The notes beneath the pieces are model-generated. The model was not told the DNA's origin, did not search any database, and was given only the letters and a program-made list of their open reading frames with translations. DNA of 64,000 nt, filler included, from Stramenopiles sp. TOSAG23-6 (lineage: Eukaryota): the NCBI GenBank assembly GCA_900128565.1. It is 40 parts of 40 records of this genome, joined end to end, with 100 filler letters (N's around TTAATTAATTAA, not from the genome) between each part and the next. Parts side by side here need not be neighbours in the genome. Positions count along the whole stretch, not along the records: positions 24,181 to 25,688 come from LT638950.1; positions 25,789 to 27,296 come from LT638951.1; positions 27,397 to 28,903 come from LT638952.1; positions 29,004 to 30,510 come from LT638953.1; positions 30,611 to 32,116 come from LT638954.1; positions 32,217 to 33,722 come from LT638955.1; positions 33,823 to 35,327 come from LT638956.1; positions 35,428 to 36,932 come from LT638957.1; 32 more parts are not named here. One strand, given 5' to 3'. The position numbers and the translations under genes are program-made. Below, piece by piece: positions 24,271-38,689 of this stretch (position 1 is its first letter; each line of letters begins with the position of its first letter).

Positions 24271-25527
24271 ATGCCTTATATTGTTGAATTCTACATATTT
24301 GAACAATTTTTCCATTAACTTTTTCCCAAGACCGCGACCTCGTACAGATTCGTCTATACAAAAAAATGCAACTTCACAAAAAAAACGAGTGGGGTGCATT
24401 TGAAATGTCACACCTCCTAAAACTTGTTTTTCTGTATTAGTTTTTGTCTTTGTCAAATATGCTTTTATTCCCTCTTGCCTCAAGACTGGCGATATTTTTA
24501 CTTGCTTAGTCTTTTTGTTTTGTGTGTTTTTTTTTTCTAGATTTAAATTACTTTTGTCATTTGATTCAGTTTTATTGTTTTTTTTCATATTGGATTCAGT
24601 TTTATTATTTTTTTTAGTATTGGATTCAGTTTTATTATTTTCTTTAGTATTGGATTCAGTTTTATTGCTTTGTTTTTTTTCATTTTCACCAACTATTATT
24701 ATTGATGAATGATCAGGAGATGTCACAAGCCATCTTACATAATTCTCATCCATTTCAGGCAACGCTGCTGACACAAGTTTGATTAAAGTATCGCAACGTG
24801 TCGTGACCAAGTCCTCTTGTTTACTTTGTACCAACGTTACTTTACATCTTTTATTTTGAGTTTTTGATTTTGGAATAATCAGAAAAGTCGATTCTTTAAG
24901 CTTAGAAGACAAAGAAATACCTTTGAACCTAGTTTTGTTCAATTCAAGAATATCCTTTGAAGCAACACAAAGTTTTCTGGCTACTTCTTTGGGCGTTTCG
25001 TCATCGATAGTAGAGTATAATAAAAATTTTCCTTCTTTCCAGAACTCTCCAGGATTCCGTTTTTGTTTTTTCAGTAAGATATACTCTATATTACCATCAA
25101 CACCAAATAAATTGGCTTTAGCCAGACGTTTTTTCTTTTCTGAAATCTTTCTTTTACGTTTGACTTCGTCCTGTTTTTCGTGAAACTCGCAGCAACTATT
25201 CAAGGATTTGTTCTGAACTGTTTTTCTTTGATTTGGATTCGCAAGAAATAAGCCACCATTTACATTATCTTGTAGTGCATGGTTAGCAGAAAACGCGGAC
25301 GTTCGCTTAAAAAGTTCGCTACATTGGGCACTATTTAATACTGTTTCAGAACTATCTGTTGTTTCTTTTTTTGTTCGTTGTTTTTTTGAGTTACGTACAT
25401 CCGCTTGCATTTCCTCCCGTGCCATAACACTATCTACAGTCTCAAAGTCCTCTACATAGCCCAGGTATAATCCAGGATCAACTGATCGACCTTTAGATGG
25501 TCGACGAGAACTTCTTCGCTTTGGCAT
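24271..25527 (-). CDS. GCN5-like acetyltransferase with an upstream LysM-like domain, partial
   Basis: LPEMDENYVRWLV and VLGGVTFQMHPTRFFCEVAFFCIDESVRGRGLGKKLM (GCN5 HAT). ETPKEVARKL...ILELN...LIIP (LysM). Confidence 0.75.
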
Positions 25528-26312
25528 TTTCTCCAGTAAAGAATGGGTCAAAGAAGCGATATAATGAAAGTTCACTTGTTGAAAAAGTACTCGATATTCC
25601 TGATGAATTTTGAATTTTGAATTTGTTTTATTTTTCGTGTTTTTTTTTTCAGTTTCTTCAGTTTCTTCAAAAGTTTTCAAGTTTGTTANNNNNNNNNNNN
25701 NNNNNNNNNNNNNNNNNNNNNNNNNNNNNNNNTTAATTAATTAANNNNNNNNNNNNNNNNNNNNNNNNNNNNNNNNNNNNNNNNNNNNCTTTCTTGGATT
25801 TTTTTTCTTTGACTTTGCAGGTGTTGAAATACTACGATTGGGAATTCTTCTCGTTGTTTTCTTCGTCCAATATGTATTTTCAGTTGCTTTTAACCCCGAA
25901 AGACGACGCAAAAAAGATGGATTAGTATTATTGTGATGCTTTGTCATTATTGAGTGGTTGTTATCAATGTTTTATACTGTTACAACGTGAGTGTTCTCTG
26001 ATAAACTTTGAGATTGTAATTATCACAATCGCCTCCAAAACTAGCCAATGAATTTTTGACAGCAGCAATCTATCATCTATCACCAAATCGAATCTCGATG
26101 GTTAGTTAGGGTTAGGGTCGACATATCACATAAAAATGGAGAAACACAATTAAAATATGCGTCAAGAGAAATGTCTCAATAATATGAATGTGTACCATCA
26201 ACAAAATTGACTTGAGTATGACTATCGCACTTCTACTAACCAGAGACAGTTGTATACTACTACATGATGTAACAATACCAGAGCAATCCACGTTTTGTAC
26301 TTAGGGTTAGGG

Positions 26313-26792
26313 CTATCTTTTATTTTGTGCTTTGAGTTCTTTAATACGGCAGCATTTTTTGTACTTCTTTTTTGAGCCACAATGGCATGGTTCATTAGGC
26401 TTAGGTTTTTTAATTATTTTTGATCTATCTACAGGAATTCTCACATTATCACAAAAATATGTGGTCTTTCCCGTGCGTAAAGGCGGGTTGAATTCTAACT
26501 CCAAGCACATTGTCATTATATTCGCATTTTCTGGATGACAGCCATGATGCATCCCCGTGACAATGCCTCTCTTCCCATTGCTACGTGAATCAGGTCCTTT
26601 TAAACCATGAAATTCTACTTCAGAGCCAATGCCGTAATTTACTTTACAACCGGACTTCGTCATGGTAGGCCTGGCAGGATTAGCCTTTATGAGATTAACC
26701 ATTTCTTCAGACACATTCGGAGTGATTGTCAGCTTCTTTGACTTTGGATTATTTACTTTATGTAATGTTACTGGATCAATGAAACCGGACAT
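26313..26792 (-). CDS. SEC-C motif protein
   Basis: NEPCHCGSKKKYKKCC. Confidence 0.75.
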   Translation of the reverse strand: MSGFIDPVTLHKVNNPKSKKLTITPNVSEEMVNLIKANPARPTMTKSGCKVNYGIGSEVEFHGLKGPDSRSNGKRGIVTGMHHGCHPENANIMTMCLELEFNPPLRTGKTTYFCDNVRIPVDRSKIIKKPKPNEPCHCGSKKKYKKCCRIKELKAQNKR

Positions 26793-27430
26793 CTTTGTCG
26801 CTAATTTATGGAAGCAATCTGCAGCGAATCAAAATAGTAAACGCGAGTTGTACACAGTATAGCCTACACTAGCTATATTGATAAGGTAGGTCGTGGCCAA
26901 TCATTGTGTTTTTAGTCAAGAAAAAATATACAATGACGTCATCGTCGAATTTGATAAGTTAAATTAAGAAATTCACAANNNNNNNTTAAATTAATAAATT
27001 CATATTTAAATCGCTTTTTTTTCGAATAGGAAAAATCGCGGAAAAATCTTGTGTTTCAACTTGTTGCACACCAAAATAGAAGTTTAATAAGTTTTAATAA
27101 GAAATAAGGTTGAAAACGGAAAAACAAGAACGCGTGATACTCAGAAATGGCGATGGAACAGATGCAAGATGTTGATCAAATGGTCAACGAAGAGGAAGAT
27201 CAAGAAATGGTAATCAATATTTTGTTCATCCAGTAGACACTTCAAACTTCAGTTCACACCTTCCCCTCTTGTTCATTTGAACTTAATAACTTACAANNNN
27301 NNNNNNNNNNNNNNNNNNNNNNNNNNNNNNNNNNNNNNNNTTAATTAATTAANNNNNNNNNNNNNNNNNNNNNNNNNNNNNNNNNNNNNNNNNNNNCGAT
27401 TTTTTTGTTAAAAAAAAAAATAAAACATAC

Positions 27431-28470
27431 ATCTTCAGGTCGATGTTTTGCCGGGAGTACATGTATAATTCTCCCTTGAAAGATTTTACCGTCAGTGGCA
27501 CCCATTGCTCGCACAGATTCTTCAGGAAAAACAAAGGTCACATAGCCATGTATTTTGAAAAATATAGAAATTAAATATTTTTGTTAGGTACAAAATTTCG
27601 TATGAAAAAAAAATAAATTTTGAAATTCATGATATAAACGTACATATCCCTTTGGTCGTTTTGAATCATCTAATGGTAAATAAATCTCTGCAATTTTTCC
27701 ATGCTGTGCAAAATGAGCTTCTAAGTCATCGTCGTGTTGGACTCAACAGAAGCAGGGTTAGGGTTAATTTTCATACCGGAATTTGGAGGAATTGTATTAT
27801 CAAATGTACTCACAACTTTAGATTGTAGGAACTCAAGATCTGAGATTTCTTTTGTGGTAGTACATGCTTCCAATAGTTTCTCATCATTAGTAGCAGTAGT
27901 ATTATCCGTACTTGAGACGATATTTAAAGTGCCATCAGCATTATCATTAGCCCAGCTTTGTTTGCCACCTTTTTGTTTGGATACACCAATGCCCATTAAC
28001 TCTAAAAACTCCTGTAACTTTTTACTCTTCTCTGCTTTCGTCTTTTCATGATTTTGCTTTTGTTTTTGCTCTTCTTTAAGTTTATCTCCTTTTGCAGTAG
28101 GTTTCTTTAGGTTACCCCTTTTATCATAAAGTTCTGGGTGTTTTTGACGATGTCTTGAACTACCCTTTGTGTACTTACTCCATGGACGATTCTCTACGTC
28201 AGAATTTCCACCAATAGTGCGGGCAAATTCTACTTGAATCTTAGAAGTATCTACATATGATTTATTAAAGTATGTTAGAGCTTGTTTGGCATCTTTAGAA
28301 TCCGCAAAACCGATGAAGCCGAACCTCCTTGATACCCCCTCTTTTGTTTTCATAATGCGAACATCAGTCACTTGACCACGCTTAGAGAAGAGGGATTTGA
28401 GCTGATCAGATGTGTAATACTTCGGCAAGCCTTTGACACACAGCCTTGTTTGCTCTGTTGCTACAGTCAT
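27431..28470 (-). CDS. RBM19: RBM19/MRD1 multi-RRM protein, 5' part (frame break near 27730)
   Basis: TRLCVKGLP, SRRFGFIGF, RPWSKY and EFL...WAND. RRM2 reads KGY|GYVTF...DGKIFQGRIIHVLPA across GT-AT intron 27548-27643. Confidence 0.85.
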
Positions 28471-28709
28471 GACAGTGTGATACCTAAGAAAAACGTCTCA
28501 CGCTTGACTTGTACTACTATATTGAGGGTGTGTGTGTTTGTGTATGTCGTTGATAGTCGTTGAAAAAAAGAATGATGCTGAACTCATTGTCAAAAAAAAA
28601 ACAGGTTTGTTCCAAAATTGAAAAAATTTAATATATTTATTGATTTTATCAAACTCGTTAAGGAGATTAAACAAATATGTCGTCAAAGACAACTGATTAG
28701 ATACTCATA

Positions 28710-28903
28710 TTAAGCACTTTTTTGGCACTTTGAGACAATGTATTTTACACGAGCAATACATTGCTTCGCAGTACGACCTGAAACCGCTCTGTTGATCGCA
28801 CGCCATGTATAGTGAAAAAATATTTCTTTTAGTAAAAAAAATGTTAGGTACAAAATTTCATACGAAAAAAAAAACTGAAATTTATGATGAACACCTACAT
28901 CGA
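28710..28903 (-). CDS. C-terminal SANT/Myb domain exon (DNAJC2-like), with GT-AT intron 28805-28898
   Basis: CGA T|GG gives RWRAINRAVSGRTAKQCIARVKYI...*. Confidence 0.65.
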
Positions 28904-29003
28904 NNNNNNNNNNNNNNNNNNNNNNNNNNNNNNNNNNNNNNNNNNNNTTAATTAATTAANNNNNNNNNNNNNNNNNNNNNNNNNNNNNNNNNNNNNNNNN
29001 NNN

Positions 29004-29863
29004 AATCACCTCGTGTGAACTCTAAGTGACCTACCGAATCATCGATAACTTTTTTCTTCTTTTTCTTATTCCACTTTTTACTATGAGAATACCTTTTGCG
29101 TTCTTCATCACTTGAAGAGGAGTCCGAATATGAACATCGTTCCTCTGCACGACTTCGACTGTACGAGTTCCAGGAACTACGACAACTCCTAGTAGCCGAA
29201 CTAGTCCTACGCCTATTTGAGGATGATCGCCTTTNNNNNNNNNNNNNNNNNNNNNNNNNNNNNNNNNNNNNNNNNNNNNNNNNNNNNNNNNNNNNNNNNN
29301 NNNNNNNNNNNNNNNNNNNNNNNNNNNNNNNNNNNNNNNNNNNNNNNNNNNNNNNNNNNNNNNNNNNNNNNNNNNNNNNNNNNNNNNNNNNNNNNNNNNN
29401 NNNNNNNNNNNNNNNNNNNNNNNNNNNNNNNNNNNNNNNNNNNNNNNNNNNNNNNNNNNNNNNNNNNNNNNNNNNNNNNNNNNNNNNNNNNNNNNNNNNN
29501 NNNNNNNNNNNAATCACCTCGTGTGAACTCTAAGTGACCTACCGAATCATCGATAACTTTTTTCTTCTTTTTCTTATTCCACTTTTTACTATGAGAATAC
29601 CTTTTGCGTTCTTCATCACTTGAAGAGGAGTCCGAATATGAACATCGTTCCTCTGCACGACTTCGACTGTACGAGTTCCAGGAACTACGACAACTCCTAG
29701 TAGCCGAACTAGTCCTACGCCTATTTGAGGATGATCGCCTTTNNNNNNNNNNNNNNNNNNNNNNNNNNNNNNNNNNNNNNNNNNNNNNNNNNNNNNNNNN
29801 NNNNNNNNNNNNNNNNTAACGGCGGGATTGATGATAAGACTTGGTGTACCATCCTTCACTCAT
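29004..29863 (-). CDS. SR-rich N-terminal fragment, gapped; 29004-29234 duplicated at 29512-29742
   Basis: Arg/Ser-rich frame. The duplicated block flanks scaffold gaps. Confidence 0.4.
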
Positions 29864-30092
29864 TCTAAGGATTCGTACGTTTCCACTTGTTGCAGGTACT
29901 GGAAAAATATAGTTTATTGAAAAGAAAAAGTAAGAGTCAATATCCGCGCGAGTCACATCAAAAAAAAAAGCCCTAATCCTAGCTACTAGCGCGTAAAGAT
30001 TCGCGATTCGCGAATTTCTTATTCTTTCATTCTTTCGCAAAGATCTTGTTGAAAGATTCTGTGCGACTACATTTGCGACAAAAAGATGTCAA

Positions 30093-30478
30093 ATGTCGCT
30101 TTATTTGAAGCACATAGCAACTTCTAAAAGTGAAATAAGTAAGGCGAATGTGCTAAATTATTTGATAAAGGAAAGTATCAATTTGCTACAAGAAAAGAAA
30201 AACATTGCATCTACAGAGATGTGTATTCAGAAGAAAGTTGAAAACCATTCTTCACTGCTCAAAGATGACAATATAGTTCCTATAGATGAGGAAATTTCTG
30301 TGAAGGATAAAAAGACTAATCAGGAAAGTTCTGTGAAGGATAAAAAGACTAACCAGGAAAGCATTACAGAACAATTGGATATGGAAAAGGCTAAAAATAA
30401 TTTAGCATATCTTCTTCAAGCTGGTGAATGGCAAGGATTAGAGACAAGACTGATGGAACTTTTACAGAAAGGAAAAAT
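30093..30478 (+). CDS. First exon of a hypothetical protein
   Basis: Open frame ending at an AT|GTAC family-like donor. Confidence 0.5.
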
Positions 30479-30663
30479 GTACTTTTTCGTCATGAATTTA
30501 TTAATTTAATNNNNNNNNNNNNNNNNNNNNNNNNNNNNNNNNNNNNNNNNNNNNTTAATTAATTAANNNNNNNNNNNNNNNNNNNNNNNNNNNNNNNNNN
30601 NNNNNNNNNNGTACAAAATTTCGTATGAAAAAAAAATCGAATTTGAAAAAAAATAAAACATAC

Positions 30664-32045
30664 ATTCCTGTCAATATCATTTTTTAAAATGTTTTCTTTC
30701 TCTTCTTCCAGATTATGGTGCTGATCTTTAATAAATTCTTCTAATTCATTCCGCCCAATACCCAAAAATCTATTAAATGAAACAAGACTGGCCATTTCAC
30801 CACGTTTGTGTTCCAAACCAAATTTTAAGGAAAATAATCTACGCAATACCATTATATCTTTCCGACTTAAATTCGATACACCACCTATTATTGCCACAAA
30901 CTCGCTCCATGGTAGAATATTCTGATGTGAATTTTTCAATTCCCACTTAAAAGCTGTCGTTATATTTCGTCCAGCACGTAAGTATGCAGCAGAAACAAGG
31001 CTCCGATGTAAAATTCTCGTTTCTTGAATCTCTCGTTCACTCACGTTATATTCAAAGTTACGATGATTCAACTTCAGAGTTGCATTTTGAGAATTCGTTT
31101 TTGAAGAAATTATTGACTTTTGAGAAATCCTCGCCTTTTGATGTCTCTGTTTTGTTTTGTTATTACGTCTAGTGTTGGAACCCTTCTTCTTTGCACGTTT
31201 ACACCTAATTTCATGTGCGACAACATCGGCTGTAATAAAAAAATATTTCAAAAAATTGATTCTTTTGTTAGGTGCAAAATTTACGATGAAAGAAATAAAC
31301 TCAAAATTGAAATGAATGACAAAAACGTACAGTATATACCTTGAAATCCACATCGATACTCACAAGCCCACAATTGTTGAGTTTTTTGATCAATTATATG
31401 TTTACTAGGATTTTGTTCAATTATATTTTTACTAGAATTTGTTATTCGCTGATCTTTTTCTATCTGTTCTTTTTTTTGTTGATCTTTTCTTCTATGATGG
31501 TGGATATTTTGACTATTTTGACTATTTTGGCTAATTTGGCTATTTTGGCTATTTTGAAAACTTGTTTTTGTTTTTTTAATCTGTTTTGATTCCATTTTCC
31601 CTCGTAGATGAAACATTTGCTTCGACAAAATTACCTTTTCGGGTGAATGAATGCTCTCTTTGTTTTGTTTTCTTCCTATATTTTCGTCCAATTCGGATAA
31701 AATACATAGAAAATCTGCAAAATCAATCGTCAATCTAGGATTTCGTCGTTGCTGGCTTAAATATTTCGTTGTATTAGAAAATTCCATCGGATTACGCAAT
31801 ACTAATGCTTTTGCCCGAGATTTACTAATGTCTTTACCTAGAGAGTGAAAGAGTTGACGTAACTGCTCAGCATCTATGTGCCCGTTACCCCTCTTATCTA
31901 TATTTTTAAACATTCTTGAAAGTCTTTTCATTTCATTTTCTTTTGTAGATACCGTATTTACTCTAAAACGCTGACTTGTCGCTGCTGCCGCAGCGGCGTT
32001 CATCACAGATCTTGACGTTGGACTTTTTACGCTACTTTTCTTCAT
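30664..32045 (-). CDS. EF-hand protein, two exons, with GT-AG family intron 31230-31330
   Basis: FKNIDKRGNGHIDAEQL and IDFADF. The splice T|CC restores CEYRCGFQGIYSDVVAHEIRC. Confidence 0.75.
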
Positions 32046-32216
32046 GTCTTTGATTCCGTTCTTTTTATGTGAATAATAGTGGAGTCTCCGGGAAGGATAT
32101 GCATGGGCCGAGGATANNNNNNNNNNNNNNNNNNNNNNNNNNNNNNNNNNNNNNNNNNNNTTAATTAATTAANNNNNNNNNNNNNNNNNNNNNNNNNNNN
32201 NNNNNNNNNNNNNNNN

Positions 32217-32544
32217 GTGTAACTAAATCTACCATTTGTGTAATGATTTTAATGATTTCTTCCGGCTTATTTGCTTGTATACACATCATCCACAATGCTT
32301 CTATATCACTTTTATTCCTACTTTCTTCTTCCTTCCATGCAATACAACGTGATTTACAAAGAAAGTTCGGCACTAGATTTTTATGATCCAACACTTCATT
32401 TGTTAAAGGTGATGTATTTTTTGTACGAAAGTGTAGCAATATTGCAGCTCGATCATACGTGTGACCATCACCAGCAAAAACAGGATCTTCAAATATATCT
32501 TGTGTTATTGGACATAGTAAGTCATTGGGTATTTCTTGTGGCAT
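32217..32544 (-). CDS. U-box domain protein, 5' part
   Basis: IPNDLLCPITQDIFEDPV...DGHTYDRAAI...TSPLTNE...LVPN. Confidence 0.92.
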
Positions 32545-32854
32545 TCTTAGTCAATTACTCTGATATTATTATATGTATTATCGTGTGTACTCTAAAAATA
32601 TATTCGATTTCTTCGTCGAATCGAAAACATTCGATTTCTTCGTCGAATCGAAAACATCCATCAAGAATTTTTATTTTTGACTAGCGCTAGAGATGAAAAA
32701 AATCACGAAAAAAATAAAAAAAAAAATTATCAAAAAATTGAAAATATTGAAAATGAAATTAAAAATAGAGATTCATGTGGAAATGGTTTATTTGCACAAA
32801 TGGTGAATCATACAGGTCCATTAAAATCATCACATTTAAAATTTATTTTAAAAT

Positions 32855-33666
32855 TTAATCAGATTCAAGTTCAACCAATGCTTTTGTAATAGATGGATAA
32901 GTCTCAACATGCTGTGAAGAAAACCAATTCCATGGACTATGAAAAAATATTTCAAAAAAAAACTCGTTAGGTACAAAATTTCGTACGAAACCAAAAAAAA
33001 AAAAAAATTTAAATTCGAAATTGAAATGAAAACGTACATGTAGCGCAAAATGAAACTCTTAAAAATACTGTATTAATCATCTGCAAGAAACCACCTAAAG
33101 CGGTGCCTTGAATTCCACCTAACAAATACTTTACAACATGTAATTTTAGCAAATATTTTTTAATTTTTTTTTTACATTTTTGTTAGGTACAAAATTTCGT
33201 ATTAAAAAAAATAAATTTGAAATTCATGATGAAAACGAACATCTTTCGTTCCCGATGTTTTACCTTTTGTTAACATTATAAATGTACATGCATTCAGTAT
33301 ATGTTGACCTATTGAAGTTCCAATAAAGTATAAAAAAATATTTTCAAAAATTTCAATTTTTGTTAGAACTAAAAAAATAAATTTGAAATTGAACATTTCA
33401 ACAACGTGTAAACAACAATGTGTAAACAACATTAGGGTTAGGATTGTGTAAACAACAATGTGTAAAAAACAAATTTCCGTATACATTTTTCATAGTAAAA
33501 TAAAACGCACATTATTGTTTTAAAAAACGCAAAATCGACACAAAATATGTCAAACACACGGGCAATACTTTTTTTAAACACATTTTTTTGATCTTCATCT
33601 TTCCAAGAATTTGGAACGATACTACTAAATTCAGTATTTGGACCTGCTTTTTCTTGTTGGGTCAAA
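32855..33666 (-). CDS. Hypothetical multi-exon protein
   Basis: Four exons join in frame via family introns ending in TTTAT, TACAT and TCCAT. The last acceptor is ambiguous. Confidence 0.5.
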
Positions 33667-33876
33667 ATATTGTGAAAAAATATTTCAAAAAAAAATCTAA
33701 AAAAATTTGTTAGGTACGAAATNNNNNNNNNNNNNNNNNNNNNNNNNNNNNNNNNNNNNNNNNNNNTTAATTAATTAANNNNNNNNNNNNNNNNNNNNNN
33801 NNNNNNNNNNNNNNNNNNNNNNTTGTACCTAACAAATTTTTTTAGATTTTTTTTGAAATATTTTTCCAAAATACAT

Positions 33877-34077
33877 GGAGCTCCAACCAGTATTAATCTG
33901 CGTAACAAATCCTCTGCAACGCCATTGCATTCCGCGTGTGCTTCAGGAAATGTAAAAGTTGCAGAATTTCTTTTGAAGCATGGAGCTGATCCAACTGCAC
34001 TTGATAACAACAATACAATAAGTTTTCCTCAATCAAATCCACATGATCCACATGAGAGTTTTTTCAAAACAAAATGA
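33877..34077 (+). CDS. Ankyrin-repeat exon
   Basis: TPLHSACASGNVKVAEFLLKHGADP. Confidence 0.85.
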   Translation, partial: GAPTSINLRNKSSATPLHSACASGNVKVAEFLLKHGADPTALDNNNTISFPQSNPHDPHESFFKTK

Positions 34078-34489
34078 CCAAAGAAAAAAAAAATATTTTC
34101 TTTTTTATTTTTTAAAAAAATTTTTTCGTATGAAAAAAATTATTCTATGAATTTTTTTTTTTTTTTTTTTTTCCAAACATTTTTTTTATAACAAATTTCA
34201 AATGATTCAATCATATTGTTCACAACAAATACTCCATTAAGTCTTGGCATGCAAAAGGCAAACTCAAAAATTATGAAAGAGATGACTGAAATGTTTGAAT
34301 CACATTTTTCTGAAATAAAATCAGCACAAGGAAATATTACAAATGAGTTGTAACTTTGTAACTGAAAATTACGATATTCCGTACCATTTTTTCGTACTTG
34401 AAAAAAAAATTAAAAATTAAAAATTAAAAATTTTGAATTTTGAATTTCAACAAAAAACAATTTATTTTTGTACAATTATTTTGTTTTTT

Positions 34490-35184
34490 TTAAGAAATAA
34501 CTCCGCATTTTTTTCCTACTTCAATAAATGTATCTACAGCTCGGCTCACTTCCTCTGGTGAGTGAGCGGCTGAAAGTTGTACACGAATTCTTGCCTTTCC
34601 ATGTATTGTGAAAAAAAAAAAAATTTTTTGGTAAAAAAAAATCGTTAGGTACGAAATTTACTATGAAAAAAAATTAGGTGAAAAATGAAAAAAAATAAAA
34701 CATACATGTGGAACAACAGGATAAGAAAACCCAATTACATAAATTCCTCTTTGAAGCATCTCATCAGCCATCTCACTAGCAAGCCGAGCATCACCAAGCA
34801 TGTATTTTGAAAAAATATTTTTTTTTTTTTGTACAATTTGAATTTTTTTTTTGTTAGGTATAAAATAAAATGTATTATAAAAAATATTTAAATTTCACAA
34901 AATAAAAAAAAAATAAATAAATAAAGAATAATAATGTTGGACACATACATGACTGGCACAATAGGATGATCTCTATCGCCCGATAGAGTAAACCCTGCAG
35001 CGGTCAAACCATCTCGGAAAGTGTGTGCGTTTTTTCGTGTTTTTTCGACGGCATCAGATGATGCTTGCAGCATTTCAAATACTTTAATGGATGCTCCAAC
35101 TACAGGCGGTGCCATTGAATTTGAAAATAAATAAGGTCGCGCACGTTGACGAAGAAGATCGATAATTTCTTTACGACCTGTTGT
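34490..35184 (-). CDS. GCAT: 2-amino-3-ketobutyrate CoA ligase (glycine C-acetyltransferase), last three exons
   Basis: [33 protein letters not shown] and [31 protein letters not shown] introns 34800-34948 and 34601-34705; the upstream acceptor is TACAG. Confidence 0.92.
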
Positions 35185-35427
35185 CTGTACTAGTAGAAAA
35201 ATTCAAAATTTTTTTTTTTAGAATTTTTTTTGTTAGGTACAACATTTTTTTACTAAAAAAAAAAAAAAAAAAAAAAAAAAATTTAAAAAAGTTGTTAAAA
35301 AAAAAAAAAAAATTAAAAAAAAAAAAANNNNNNNNNNNNNNNNNNNNNNNNNNNNNNNNNNNNNNNNNNNNTTAATTAATTAANNNNNNNNNNNNNNNNN
35401 NNNNNNNNNNNNNNNNNNNNNNNNNNN

Positions 35428-35501
<74 letters not shown>

Positions 35502-35565
35502 GTACGAAAAGTTGTACCTAATGTTTTTTTTTCAAAACATTTAAAAATATTTTTACAAAATAAAT

Positions 35566-36872
<1,307 letters not shown>

Positions 36873-36874
36873 GT

Positions 36875-36915
<41 letters not shown>

Positions 36916-37899
36916 TTTTTTTTTTTTTTTTTNNNNNNNNNNNNNNNNNNNNNNNNNNNNNNNNNNNNNNNNNNNNTTAATTAATTAANNNNNNNNNNNN
37001 NNNNNNNNNNNNNNNNNNNNNNNNNNNNNNNNTGTATACAATATCTGAATAATAAACAAAATGAATAATCATAATTTTATCATGATATTCATTGTTGTAG
37101 ATATATTCATAATAAATCTAAAATACTCCATATATAATATGCAATATCAAAATGACAAAACAAAATGAATCATCACAATTCAATCAAGACATTCAATGTT
37201 GTACTTGTATTTGTAATAGAACAAAAAATACTCGATATAATGTGTATGATATGCAAATTACAAACATTGTGAATAAACAGCAAAAAAAATCAAATATATG
37301 TCATTTGATTCTCTTTTGTAATAAATATAACATACTTCAAATAATGTATATGATATGCAAATTACAAATGTAATCAATAAATGTAAATGTTTTTGGAATA
37401 ATACAGGTTCTGTTTTCCTATTGATTTGAAAAACATACATATTTGCTTTCCTCTCTGGTTCTGTTTGATTACAAAACCTTGAGAATCTTCGATTTTTGCC
37501 TATACTGCATAATGTACATGCTTGTTCTCGCTTGTTAGTACGTTTCTTTGCAAGACTCAATTGCTTCTTAAATTTGTTTTCTTTCATTTTCATTTGATTC
37601 TCAATTAATTCATGTTGACTTGCTTCAAATGATCCTTGAAGAGGTGAATTATACATGCCCTTAATTTTATACCTCAAGTCATTATCCTTATCTTCGGTAT
37701 TGCCTTTAATAAAATTGCAGGCAATCTTTTTATTTTCGTTTTCTCCACCAGCATCAGAAATCTCTTTGCATTTATTCCGATCTTGTGTTGCTCCTCTGTA
37801 ACTTGAAATTCCATTACAAATCTCTGTAGCATTTGTTTGGGTCCCATCGTGTATTTGGGTTTGCTTTTTGTTACATGTACAATATGTCAAATTTCATAC

Positions 37900-38536
37900 A
37901 TATCAATAATAATATATACTATAAAGCAACACTGTAGTTACCTTGATGTTGATATGACATATTTCAACTCTTTATACTTGATGTAATATGTCAAATGTAC
38001 TATTTATGAATAATCATAAATTGTACCAAAGAATGCACAATTGTAAATATTCTGTTATTGATACAAGATATTCTCTATACTGTTGATAATATGTCAAATG
38101 TAGTATTTATGAATAATCATAAATTGTACCAAAGAATGCACAATTGTAATTATTCTGTTATTGATACAAAATATCTGCTATACTGTTGATAATATGTCAA
38201 ATGTAGTATTTATGAATAATAACATATACTATGAAAGGACACATAATATACTTTTGCTTTCTCTAAATACAGCATATTCTCTATACTGTTGATGATATCT
38301 CAAATATACTATTTGTGAATAAATATATATACTACAAAAGATCAAATCATTGCAGTTACAATGTTATTATAGATAAAACATATTGTCTATACTGTTGATA
38401 ATATGTCAAATATACTAGAAATGAATATTTATAAATTATATCAAACAAGACATTACAGTAGTCACCTTGATATTGATACAACATATTCGATAAACTGTGT
38501 GTAATACATAAAATGTACTATAAATGAATATTCATC
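37900..38536. repeat. Degenerate ~102-bp tandem repeat
   Basis: TAATATGTCAAAT recurs at ~37985, 38087, 38190 and 38399. Confidence 0.7.
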
Positions 38537-38689
38537 NNNNNNNNNNNNNNNNNNNNNNNNNNNNNNNNNNNNNNNNNNNNTTAATTAATTAANNNNNNNN
38601 NNNNNNNNNNNNNNNNNNNNNNNNNNNNNNNNNNNNTACAAAATTTCGTACGAAAAATAAATCCGAAATTGAAAAAAAATAAAACATAC

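Noticed and set aside
27715-27745. TAG readthrough or programmed frameshift in RBM19
   Set aside because: The downstream RRM is in another frame and lacks its N-terminal strand, which points to a deletion or misjoin at an Asp-codon repeat.
29004-29742. 231-bp direct repeat
   Set aside because: The copies are identical and bounded by scaffold gaps, so this is probably a scaffolding duplication.
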